DNA of 46,044 nt from Rickettsiaceae bacterium (GTDB lineage: Bacteria > Pseudomonadota > Alphaproteobacteria > Rickettsiales > Rickettsiaceae), in assembly GCA_027485375.1 (NCBI GenBank), contig JAIXRE010000097.1, positions 1 through 46,044 of the forward strand. The letters are read 5' to 3'. This document shows, piece by piece, positions 36,842 to 45,255 of this stretch. The notes below the pieces were generated by a model that was not told the origin of the DNA, did no database searches, and worked only from the letters and a program-made list of their open reading frames with translations. Both the position numbers and the translations under genes were made by a program. Position 1 is the stretch's first letter; the number at the start of each line of letters is the position of its first letter.

Positions 36842-37258
36842 TTACATCGATTTTTTCTTTGGATAATAAAATCTGATTAGATACACCAAATCTTTTTCAT
36901 CACCTTCTTCCAGCTCTTTAGACACAATATCAAACTGATAGGTTCTTTTATTCGTTATAATTGTCATGTTAGTACGAATATTTTTCTCCATAGGTTTAAT
37001 AAAAAGCCTATTAGCGAGCGGCGTAATCTTCCAAGCATATGAATCACCTAAAGTGATAGTTTGGATCTCTTCATATTTCGCAAATTCAATATGCGACTGA
37101 AAGCCAAAATGTAGTACTAAGAGATATACCTCATTAGGGTTATAGATATAGGTTTTAATCCTATTATCAGTAGTGATAGGTACTTCCTCGTCATACGCTA
37201 CCGCGGTGAAAGAATTAAACGTGATTAGAAATAAAATAAGAAGTCTAGCTATTGTCAT
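36842..37258 (-). CDS. virB9: VirB9, N-terminal domain only (138 aa)
   Basis: Has a signal peptide. Then DNRIKTYIYNPNEVY...LFIKP...TNMTIITNKRTYQFDI...DLVYLIRFYYP aligns by eye with the VirB9/CagX N-domain. The ORF stops 18 nt before virB10. Confidence 0.85.
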   Translation of the reverse strand: MTIARLLILFLITFNSFTAVAYDEEVPITTDNRIKTYIYNPNEVYLLVLHFGFQSHIEFAKYEEIQTITLGDSYAWKITPLANRLFIKPMEKNIRTNMTIITNKRTYQFDIVSKELEEGDEKDLVYLIRFYYPKKKSM

Positions 37259-37997
37259 TATCTACCCTATAACCTTTTACTTGAAAACCTATTGGATTAA
37301 TATCCAAATCGTTGTCTGTGAGCTCCATAGCAACGTAATCAAAATCAACCACCGCTATCTTGTTGGTTACTTTTTTGTCGCCAGAAGTTTCGTTTATCGA
37401 AAACCTTAACATATATTTCTTATCTGCAAGTTTAGACCATGATTTTACCACCATAAAAGTTGTATTTTTTTGTCCGTATATTAAAGTTGGATCATAGTCT
37501 TTATTTTTGATATAGCTAAGATACGACCAGTAGACACCACCGCTTGAAAGCAACCTAATTGATTTCCTTGCTTCTGTATCAAAATCAACGGGATTATATG
37601 TTTCTCTTGCGCTTACATATTTTTTAATAAAGTAACGAGCTAAAGAGTCATTGCCTTCTAATATTTTTGAAGTTACTGGAGTAACAATTTTTGCCATTCC
37701 AGTTGACTCATCAATTTGGATAACAAATGGATCGAACTCCTTAGTATTAATCACTACCATAATTCCTATTGCAGCGGTAATAGCTAAAGTAATAAGGAGC
37801 GCCACCAACACTAAAAGCAGATTACGCTGTACTACTAGTTTATCGTAGCGCTCTTCATACCAATTACGTACTACTTTAACGCTACTAGTATTTTGCTTTT
37901 GAGTATCAACTTGCTCTTGATTAACCCCTTCTCCTTGCAAATCCTTAGCAGCAGTGGATGGCTTTAGTTTTGCTAGCCAGCTAGTAAAATTGAACAT
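37245..37997 (-). CDS. virB8: Type IV secretion protein VirB8
   Basis: Contains NWYEERYDKLVVQRN, a single TM helix (LLLVLVALLITLAITAAIGIMVV) and an NTF2-like periplasmic domain (FVIQIDESTGMAKIV). Confidence 0.92.
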   Translation of the reverse strand: MFNFTSWLAKLKPSTAAKDLQGEGVNQEQVDTQKQNTSSVKVVRNWYEERYDKLVVQRNLLLVLVALLITLAITAAIGIMVVINTKEFDPFVIQIDESTGMAKIVTPVTSKILEGNDSLARYFIKKYVSARETYNPVDFDTEARKSIRLLSSGGVYWSYLSYIKNKDYDPTLIYGQKNTTFMVVKSWSKLADKKYMLRFSINETSGDKKVTNKIAVVDFDYVAMELTDNDLDINPIGFQVKGYRVDNDNS

Positions 37998-38179
37998 CTG
38001 ATTTTAAACAAACTTTATATTGCTGGTTTGATTATGTAGTAGCTTTTTGCTCAAGATAAATAAAATTCTATATATTTAGCATTAAAGTAGTAATATTTTT
38101 TTTTGTAGTTGCTTTTCTAACCTGATTTGCAGTTTAAGAGATATATCAAGCTATTTTTTGCAGTATTGCGTATTAGTAC

Positions 38180-38208
38180 TTGACAAGCTAGGTTGTTGAT
38201 TGTAAACT
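38180..38208 (+). promoter_or_regulatory. Candidate sigma-70 promoter for rpmB-rpmE (TTGACA-N17-TAAACT)
   Basis: ttgaca at 38180-38185 and taaact at 38203-38208 have an exact 17-nt spacer and lie about 40 nt upstream of the rpmB ATG. Confidence 0.5.
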
Positions 38209-38248
38209 CTAGTACGATAATTTTAAAACACACGATCTGGTACAAAAG

Positions 38249-38542
38249 ATGTCTCGTAAATGTGAATTAAGTGGCGTAAGCGTAATGTATGGGAATAAAG
38301 TTTCTCATTCACAAAGAAAAACTAGAAGAAGATTTGAACCAAATATGAAACTTGTATCTTTCGCAAGTGATTTAGTTGGTGAAAGTTATAAATTCAGAGT
38401 CAATGCTAAATGTATACGTACAGTAGAAAAGGTTGGCGGTCTTGATGAATATATGATGAAAGCTTCTGAAGAATTTTTGTCAGACAAGGCAAAAGTAGTG
38501 AGAAAGAAAATTCTTGGAAAGAAAAAAGAGGTGTTAGCATGA
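38249..38542 (+). CDS. rpmB: 50S ribosomal protein L28
   Basis: Starts MSRKCELSGVSVMYGNKVSHSQRKTRRRFEPNM. Confidence 0.95.
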   Translation: MSRKCELSGVSVMYGNKVSHSQRKTRRRFEPNMKLVSFASDLVGESYKFRVNAKCIRTVEKVGGLDEYMMKASEEFLSDKAKVVRKKILGKKKEVLA

Positions 38543-38760
38543 AAACTGGTATACACCCTAAATATAATGCCCTAAAAATTACTATCAGTAAGGATGTGTT
38601 TGAAACAAATTCAACACTACAAACTGGTGAAATTCTTATGGACGTTGATTACAGGAAGCACCCAGCTTGGACAAAAGAAGGGGTAAACGTAGTTAATCAA
38701 TCAAATAAAAGTATCAGTAATTTCAATAAGAAATTCGCTGGTCTTAATTTTGGTGCATAA
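38539..38760 (+). CDS. rpmE: 50S ribosomal protein L31 (Cys-less form)
   Basis: Starts MKTGIHPKY and contains ...DVDYRKHPAWT. It has no CxxC motif. It overlaps rpmB by 4 nt (ATGA). Confidence 0.9.
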   Translation: MKTGIHPKYNALKITISKDVFETNSTLQTGEILMDVDYRKHPAWTKEGVNVVNQSNKSISNFNKKFAGLNFGA

Positions 38761-38786
38761 TATTACTTTGCTTTAGATATTTACAA

Positions 38787-38820
38787 AAGGTCGTTTTTGT
38801 ACTAATCCAAAAATGACCTT
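38787..38820 (+). terminator. Hairpin downstream of rpmE (possible terminator, weak U-tract)
   Basis: aaggtcgttttt pairs with aaaaatgacctt as a 12-bp stem with one G-U, and a 10-nt loop. No clear T-run follows on the plus strand. Confidence 0.35.
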
Positions 38821-38876
38821 CTAAATCAGAAAATTTGATTAGTATCCTCACATAACTTATACTACAAGTTTTTTAT

Positions 38877-38953
<77 letters not shown>

Positions 38954-39081
38954 AATTATTTTTAAGCATCTTCTCATTACTATTCAAAAAATCACAATAT
39001 TGCTTTCTTAAAGCCTGCATAGTAAACTATAGAAATTAGATTAGATCTTCTGCGAAACTCTAACGTGTATTTCAGGTTACA

Positions 39082-39633
39082 ATGACTACTGCTATACTAA
39101 ACAGTTCCTATATAAAAACACCATTAGGGTATATGCTAGCTATTGCTAGTGATGCAATACTATACTTGCTAGAATTTACTGACCATCCAAAATTACAGCG
39201 CAGGGTAAAGCGATTACGCACTAAAACTAGCCAAGTCATTATAGAAGGACATAACAACTTAATAAGTTTCGTAGAATCAGAACTTATAGCCTATTTTGAA
39301 GGAAGTTTAAAGGAGTTTAAAACACCTATTAAGCTTTTAGGTAGCACTTTTCAGATTGCGGCATGGCAAGAACTTATGCATATTCCTTACGGGCAGACAA
39401 AAAGCTACTTAGAACAAGCAAGCGCTTTAGGCAAGCCTACTGCATATAGAGCTGTAGCAAATAGTAATGGTGCTAATCAGCTCGCTATTATTATTCCTTG
39501 CCACCGCATAATTAATAGTAGCGGAGAGCTAGGGGGCTATGGCGGTGGTATTGCTCGTAAAAAATGGTTGCTAAATCATGAAAGCCAGACTAATACCAAA
39601 TCTAATTTAAAAATTGGCTTTGGTATTACTTAA
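39082..39633 (+). CDS. ogt: Methylated-DNA-protein-cysteine methyltransferase
   Basis: Contains the active-site motif IIIPCHRII, YGQTKSY and GGYGGGI..KKWLL. Confidence 0.9.
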   Translation: MTTAILNSSYIKTPLGYMLAIASDAILYLLEFTDHPKLQRRVKRLRTKTSQVIIEGHNNLISFVESELIAYFEGSLKEFKTPIKLLGSTFQIAAWQELMHIPYGQTKSYLEQASALGKPTAYRAVANSNGANQLAIIIPCHRIINSSGELGGYGGGIARKKWLLNHESQTNTKSNLKIGFGIT

Positions 39634-39636
39634 GTT

Positions 39637-39924
39637 TTATTTGCTACTAGATTCACCTATTACAGCTAACTGCACCTCATGTTGGTTCGTATCGTTGTTA
39701 CTGCTATAATTGTACTCTTCTTCTTCGTCGTCCTTGTAATTTCCATGAAAATATACCGTTCCAGGGCAAAAATGCGTTCCTGCAGGTAAGTCCATTTTCA
39801 TTTTTGGTGGTTTAATACAGTCCAAAAGGGATTTCGCCCAAAAAACGAGGTTAAATATACACATTGTAGCATGTGTGCTAATCATACACCAAGCTGAAAA
39901 TACCTTTAGTGCGGATAATGTCAT
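39637..39924 (-). CDS. Small hypothetical membrane protein, paralogue A (95 aa)
   Basis: An SD (AAGGGGG) lies 8 nt before the ATG. The N-terminal 44 aa are about 39% identical to the neighbouring ORF (F.AW..I.T...MC.F......K...D..KPPK.K). The tail is acidic. Confidence 0.55.
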   Translation of the reverse strand: MTLSALKVFSAWCMISTHATMCIFNLVFWAKSLLDCIKPPKMKMDLPAGTHFCPGTVYFHGNYKDDEEEEYNYSSNNDTNQHEVQLAVIGESSSK

Positions 39925-39957
39925 TTTTAAACCCCCTTAAAATTTAAAGCAAATTTT

Positions 39958-40263
39958 TTATAATTCGTGATCATGGGCTGTAGCTGTATTACCTGCAAGG
40001 GATGCACCTATATTATGATCTATATGAATCTTTAGTTTAGGTTGACCGCCGCAGTCACCTTCTTGATCGTGATGGTGTTTATTATGGTGTTCTATTTCGT
40101 CAAGCTGCCTAGCAAACTCTTTCGTTGGTTTAATTTTTACCTTTGGAGGTTTAACCCAATCATGAATCATCTTGAAAAATGCTGTCGTGCTAAAGCAACA
40201 CATTGCGCCGTTAGTAAAAATTGTAAACCAAGCTGCAAACCATTGTAAAGATTCTGGACTCAT
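39958..40263 (-). CDS. Small hypothetical membrane protein, paralogue B (101 aa, His-rich tail)
   Basis: Paralogue of 39637-39924. I set the start at ATG 40263; the ORF-track GTG is at 40275. The tail reads HHNKHHHDQEGDC...HIDHN...AHDHEL. Confidence 0.5.
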   Translation of the reverse strand: MSPESLQWFAAWFTIFTNGAMCCFSTTAFFKMIHDWVKPPKVKIKPTKEFARQLDEIEHHNKHHHDQEGDCGGQPKLKIHIDHNIGASLAGNTATAHDHEL

Positions 40264-40422
40264 ATAAATAACCACTAATACTTGACTAATACTGGTATAT
40301 TATATTAAGGAAATTAATGCAGCTATTAAAAAATAAACTAATGATAATTTATTTATATAGCTGCAACATTTTAAGCGCATATATTATTCAGGATAAGGTT
40401 TATTAGCTTAAAGTTTATACCC

Positions 40423-42564
40423 CTATAATTCAGTACCAAAAATTTTAAAAACAAACACTAAATCCTCTGCGGCTTCTTTCAAATAGTCGAATCGACCAGA
40501 GGCGCCTTTGTGCCCGTAATCCATATTAGTTTTAAAGATTATGCTTTCTTGCCCTAGCTTCTTAGCTCTAAGCCTTGCTACCCATTTTGCCGCTTCCCAG
40601 TAGCCAACTCTTGGATCTGATAAACCAGCTGTCACCATTAAGGAAGGGTAGGCTTGAGGTTTAATGTTATCGTATGGCGAGTAAGATAGTATATATTCAA
40701 AATATACAGGCTCTTTTGGATTACCCCATTCTTTAAATTCGCCAGGAGTAAGAGGCAAAGACTCATCAAGCATGGTGTTTAGCGCATCAACAAATGGTAC
40801 GTGCGCAATAGCTGCTTTGAATAATTCTGGTCGCTCGTTGATTACGTTACCAATTAACAAGCCGCCTGCACTACCGCCGCAAATTACTATATTGCCAGCT
40901 TGTGTGTATTTGTGCTCAATTAAATATTCTGTAGATCGAATGAAGTCACTGAAAGTGCGCTTTTTGTTTAGGAATTTGGCAGCTTCATACCATTGATGAC
41001 CAAGCTCTTCACCGCCCCTAATATGCGCTATAGCGAACACAAAGCCTCTATTTACCAGCGAGATAGCGCTATTCCTGAAAGAAGTTGGTATGGCAATTCC
41101 ATATGAACCATAACCGTAGAGGTATAATGGATTAGAGCCGTCCTTCTTAAACAAAGCTTTTTTATACAGCAAGGTTATCGGCACTTTGACGCCATCATGT
41201 TCTGCAAAAACCCTTTCTACCATATATTCTTCAGGGTTAAAGCCGCTAGGTATCTCTTGTACTTTTAACACTGCTAGCTTGTTACTAGGGAAATCATAAC
41301 TATAGACAGTGCTAGGTCTTGCTAGCGAAGAGTAATTAACCCTAATATCGTCTTCTGCAAAGTTAGTAGAAAAGGCGCTGGCTTCAAAGGCTTGGTCTGG
41401 AAAAGTTATGTCTTGTTCTTTTGAGCCTTGAAGTTCCTGAATCCTAACTAAAGGCAAGCCGTTATTAGTATAATTAAGGATTAAATAATTCTTGGTGATG
41501 TCAAAACTAGCAAGATACTTGTCTTTGTCCTCTGGTATATATTTTTGCCAAGCGGCGGCTAAGTCATTTGCTCTTGCCGTCATTAGGCAAAAGTTAGTAG
41601 CATTAAGGTTAGTTCTGATATAAAAATAATCGCCGTTATGATCCACGTCGTAAAAGATAGTATCTTCTTTGGCTCTAAGCAATTGCAGCATCATCTCGTG
41701 ATCCTTCATCGCAATAGCGTAAACCTCATTACTACCATAACCACTAGAATTAATAAAAAGGTAATCTTGGCTAGAGGAGCGGCTAATACCTACTTGTTGC
41801 AAAGTATCAGTCTCATGAAAAATGAGTTTATCGAGTTTGTAGTCACTATTTAGTAAGTGGAATTTTACCTTATCGCTTCTAAGTTGCTCGTTAATAGGTG
41901 TATAAAAAAATCCTGCTATTTCCTGATGCCAAACAATACTACCATTTACATCCAGAATTTCATCAACTAAATGTTCTTTTTCTTGGATATTATATATTTT
42001 AATGGTGTAGCGTTCATCACCAGAAAAATCGACTGAATAAATAAAAAGTTTGTGGTCAGGAGAAATAGCAAACGTGCCAATTTGAGTAAAGCTTTTGCCA
42101 GCGGCTAGCTTATTAACATCAAGTAAAATTTCCTCCGGCGAATCTGTACTGCCATTTTTACGGCAATATATAGGATATTCTTTATCTGCTTCTGTTCTAG
42201 TATAATAGTAATAATTATCTTTCTTAATATATGTAGACTGGTCAGCTAATTTAACCCTGCCTTTTAGTTCTTCAAATATGTTTGTTTTTAGGTCCTGCGT
42301 AGGCGCAAAAAACTGCTCGAAATATTGATTCTCAGCATTTAAATAATCAAGTATTTCAGGATTTTTTACTTCTGGCCAACCTTTGTCACGCAGCCAAGCA
42401 TATTCATCCTGAACAGTGATGTTATGCATCTTGAAAGAATAGGGTATTTGTTTTGCTATAGGTGGTTGCATTTTTTCTCTTTTTGTTATTTTTTTTACAA
42501 TACTAGCAGAAAATAACGTTAGCACTAAGCCAAAAATACAAAAAATTATTAAATTACGTCTCAT
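40423..42564 (-). CDS. ptrB: Oligopeptidase B / prolyl oligopeptidase family S9A protease
   Basis: 713 aa with a signal/anchor N-terminus, a beta-propeller region, the catalytic Ser motif GGSAGGLL, and DPRV...GH near the C-terminus. Confidence 0.88.
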   Translation of the reverse strand: MRRNLIIFCIFGLVLTLFSASIVKKITKREKMQPPIAKQIPYSFKMHNITVQDEYAWLRDKGWPEVKNPEILDYLNAENQYFEQFFAPTQDLKTNIFEELKGRVKLADQSTYIKKDNYYYYTRTEADKEYPIYCRKNGSTDSPEEILLDVNKLAAGKSFTQIGTFAISPDHKLFIYSVDFSGDERYTIKIYNIQEKEHLVDEILDVNGSIVWHQEIAGFFYTPINEQLRSDKVKFHLLNSDYKLDKLIFHETDTLQQVGISRSSSQDYLFINSSGYGSNEVYAIAMKDHEMMLQLLRAKEDTIFYDVDHNGDYFYIRTNLNATNFCLMTARANDLAAAWQKYIPEDKDKYLASFDITKNYLILNYTNNGLPLVRIQELQGSKEQDITFPDQAFEASAFSTNFAEDDIRVNYSSLARPSTVYSYDFPSNKLAVLKVQEIPSGFNPEEYMVERVFAEHDGVKVPITLLYKKALFKKDGSNPLYLYGYGSYGIAIPTSFRNSAISLVNRGFVFAIAHIRGGEELGHQWYEAAKFLNKKRTFSDFIRSTEYLIEHKYTQAGNIVICGGSAGGLLIGNVINERPELFKAAIAHVPFVDALNTMLDESLPLTPGEFKEWGNPKEPVYFEYILSYSPYDNIKPQAYPSLMVTAGLSDPRVGYWEAAKWVARLRAKKLGQESIIFKTNMDYGHKGASGRFDYLKEAAEDLVFVFKIFGTEL

Positions 42565-42581
42565 AACCTACCTGATGACAA

Positions 42582-42614
42582 AAGGCAGTAAAGCCATAAA
42601 TAGCCTACTGCCTT
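42582..42614 (-). terminator. Candidate rho-independent terminator downstream of the desaturase gene
   Basis: aaggcagta (42582-42590) pairs with tactgcctt (42606-42614) as a 9-bp stem with a 15-nt loop. On the minus strand it is followed by ttgtcat, with the T-run partly inside the stem. Confidence 0.4.
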
Positions 42615-42729
42615 ATTATTATGCTACTTCAATTTTAAAAGTTAGAAATTAACTTTCAATTTTAAAGATCCTTGATGGCTTTGGTATTTCTTAACCTCTT
42701 AAGCTACGAGTCCTTTATTAACCTTCAGG

Positions 42730-43977
42730 TTACAATAACGCCTTTTTGCTACTCAGTTTTTCTAGTTTATTATATAAGTCGCTAATCATGCTTTCAGTGC
42801 TAGAGATTTTTTCACTAGCAAGCTTTACTAACTTTTCAGCAGATTTATCTTTTAACTGCATTGCAGTATGCAATTGATCAGCTATGTTTTTTAAACGCTC
42901 TTGAGCTTCTAAAAAGGATTTACCCAACTGATTTTTAATGTTTACTGAAGAATGTTCAAGCTCATTTATTTTAATATAAAGATGCGCAGTTAGTTGTTCA
43001 ATTTTCTCTTGCAATAAACTAACTTCTTGCTGCCGCCCTTCAGCTATTTTTTTTGCTGTTTCGGCTACTTTTGCTTGTATCCTGAAATCAGGAGTACAAT
43101 CCAAATTCCAAGCTAGCCCTACTTTACTCATTAAATAGATAATCCACTTATGCACGTCAAATTGATACCATTTCACGCCGTTACGATAATCTGAAGGAAA
43201 AGCGTGATGATAATTGTGCCAATTTTCACCTAATAAGAAAATAGCCAGCCACCATATATCACCCGCTGTGCTATTAGCATAAGTTTTGGTACCTAAATAG
43301 TGGCAAGCAGAGTTAACACAGAAAGTAGCTTGTTGCTGCAGAGCCCTACCAAGACCTATAAATACAAAGCCAGTATAAGCAGAAAATAGAGTACCGCCAA
43401 CTAAATAACCCACAATAGCAGGAGCGATAGTATTCATAAATATAGCCAAGTGCCAGTAATATTTTAACTGCCATTTTAGCAAGTTATTTCTGCCTAGCTT
43501 TACCATTGTGATACGACTAATAGGCAGATTACTACCTTTACCAACTAGCATCCAGCCGATATGAGACCACATAAAGCCAACAATCCCCTTATTATATTTT
43601 AACGGAGAGTGGGGATCTTGTTCTGTATCTGTAAAAGTGTGGTGATTATAATGGTTTGAAGCCCATGATAATACTGGTCCTTGCAGGGTACCAGCTGACA
43701 TCATGACTAGAATAAATTCGGCTACTTTATGAGCCTTAAAAGCATTATGCGCCCACAGCCTATGCAATCCAACTCCTACCGCTATATTTGAGCCATAATA
43801 TCCAGCAATAGCTAAAATGATTTGCGACCACCTGATATCGTATTGTATACCATAATGAATACCCAAGGTAATTAAAAATAAAGGATAGATAATTAAAGCT
43901 ATGAAAGCGGTCCAATTAATGTTTTGAAGCATAATTACTACTAAAGTTATGTTAGTCATGACGACATTATAGCACAT
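42730..43977 (-). CDS. Membrane acyl-CoA/acyl-lipid Delta-9-type fatty acid desaturase with a C-terminal coiled-coil extension
   Basis: Has three His boxes (HRLWAH, HYNHH followed by DPHSP, and WHNYHHAFPSDYR) and a ~110-aa heptad-like tail. The start is uncertain: TTG 43983, or ATG 43977, 43959 or 43932. Confidence 0.85.
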   Translation of the reverse strand: MCYNVVMTNITLVVIMLQNINWTAFIALIIYPLFLITLGIHYGIQYDIRWSQIILAIAGYYGSNIAVGVGLHRLWAHNAFKAHKVAEFILVMMSAGTLQGPVLSWASNHYNHHTFTDTEQDPHSPLKYNKGIVGFMWSHIGWMLVGKGSNLPISRITMVKLGRNNLLKWQLKYYWHLAIFMNTIAPAIVGYLVGGTLFSAYTGFVFIGLGRALQQQATFCVNSACHYLGTKTYANSTAGDIWWLAIFLLGENWHNYHHAFPSDYRNGVKWYQFDVHKWIIYLMSKVGLAWNLDCTPDFRIQAKVAETAKKIAEGRQQEVSLLQEKIEQLTAHLYIKINELEHSSVNIKNQLGKSFLEAQERLKNIADQLHTAMQLKDKSAEKLVKLASEKISSTESMISDLYNKLEKLSSKKALL

Positions 43978-43986
43978 TAACAAGAA

Positions 43987-44037
43987 TTAAGTAAGTAAAA
44001 TTATGTATGCTTTATAAGATTTTGTGTATTTTTTCAT
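43987..44037 (-). pseudogene. 16-codon remnant of an ankyrin-gene 5' end (MKKYTKSYKAYIILLT*)
   Basis: It lies inside the duplicated 102-bp junction module. The first 12 codons are near-identical to the start of the 44062-45255 gene (MKKYTKSDKAYI...). Confidence 0.6.
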
Positions 44038-44105
44038 TAACCGTAACGTCACTATCTATAGCTATAGCGACTCTCCCATTATTTCTGCAGTATGTTCAGG
44101 CTCTT
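44004..44105. repeat. Duplicated junction module, copy B (102 bp, 2 mismatches to 45222-45323)
   Basis: Direct alignment by eye. The module covers the ankyrin-gene 3' end (..EPEHTAEIMGESL*), a 27-nt spacer (24 nt after the stop codon) and the first 12 codons of the next gene. Confidence 0.9.
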
Positions 44106-45255
44106 GAGTGATATCAGCGCCATCATATTCTAATAGCTTAGATATTTCTCTATACCCTCTATTTGTAGCAATATGCAGCGGGGTATCTTCATTTTCATCC
44201 CTAATGTTAACCTCAGCCTTGTGCTCTAGTAGTAGCTCGCATATTTCTCTATGCCCTCTATCTGCGGCAATATGCAGCGGGGTATCTTCATTTTCATCCC
44301 TAATGTTAACCCTGAACTTAATCTTTTGGTCTAATAGTAGCTTGCATATTGCTACTTCCCTACGGTATTCAGCAGTATGCAAAGAAGCATTCTCCCTTCC
44401 ATCTTTAATACCAAACTCAGCCTTGTGCTCCAGTAGTACCTTACATGTTTCTGTATGCCCTTTATCTACGGCATCATGTAAAGCTGTTCTACCAAATTGA
44501 CCTATTGCATAAAGATCTATTTCATAGTATTCCCCATACACTAATAATACCTTGCATACATCCGCATTCCCATTTTGCGCAGCATTGAGTAAAGGCGTAC
44601 GTAGTTTATTATCTTTATTAGTAGGATTAGCTTGGTGGTATAATAGCATCTTGCATATTTCTGTATACCCTATCAATGCAGCCTTGTGCAAAGGAGTCTG
44701 TTGTGACTTATTGCTAGCGTTAACGTCAGCTTTATACTTTAACAAGGTTTTGCATACCTCTTGACTTCCGTACATTGCAGCAATGTGCAAAGTGGTATCG
44801 TGCCAGGCATCCCTACTATCAACGTCAGCTTTGTGCTTTAATAGCAATTCGCATTTTTCTTTATTCTCCATCCATGCAGTCTTGTATAAAGGGGTCTCTT
44901 GCCACAAATTCTTGGCATTAACCTCAGCATTGCGCTCTAGTAGTAGCTTGCATATTTTTATATGCTCTACCTGCCCAGCCACATGCAAAGCAGTTTGCTG
45001 ACACTTATCTCTAACATTAACATCAGCTTTATACTTTAATAATAGCTTGCATATTTTTACGCGCCCTTCTATTGCAGCTGCGTGCAAAGGAGTTAGTCCA
45101 CTAAAACTTATCAAATTAGCATCCACTCCTTTCTTGCTAAGCAGAAACTTGGCTTCTGCTACGTGACCTTTTTTTACAGCTTCATAGAGCCTAAGAGAGT
45201 TCTCTATACTTCTTTGCTTGATATATGCTTTATCAGATTTTGTGTATTTTTTCAT
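44062..45255 (-). CDS. Ankyrin-repeat protein (~11 repeats, 397 aa from ATG 45255)
   Basis: Contains repeated ..TPLH.AA..G....CK.LL...A.VN motifs. I trimmed the start from the ORF-track GTG 45270 to the ATG (MKKYTKSDK). Confidence 0.9.
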   Translation of the reverse strand: MKKYTKSDKAYIKQRSIENSLRLYEAVKKGHVAEAKFLLSKKGVDANLISFSGLTPLHAAAIEGRVKICKLLLKYKADVNVRDKCQQTALHVAGQVEHIKICKLLLERNAEVNAKNLWQETPLYKTAWMENKEKCELLLKHKADVDSRDAWHDTTLHIAAMYGSQEVCKTLLKYKADVNASNKSQQTPLHKAALIGYTEICKMLLYHQANPTNKDNKLRTPLLNAAQNGNADVCKVLLVYGEYYEIDLYAIGQFGRTALHDAVDKGHTETCKVLLEHKAEFGIKDGRENASLHTAEYRREVAICKLLLDQKIKFRVNIRDENEDTPLHIAADRGHREICELLLEHKAEVNIRDENEDTPLHIATNRGYREISKLLEYDGADITQEPEHTAEIMGESL

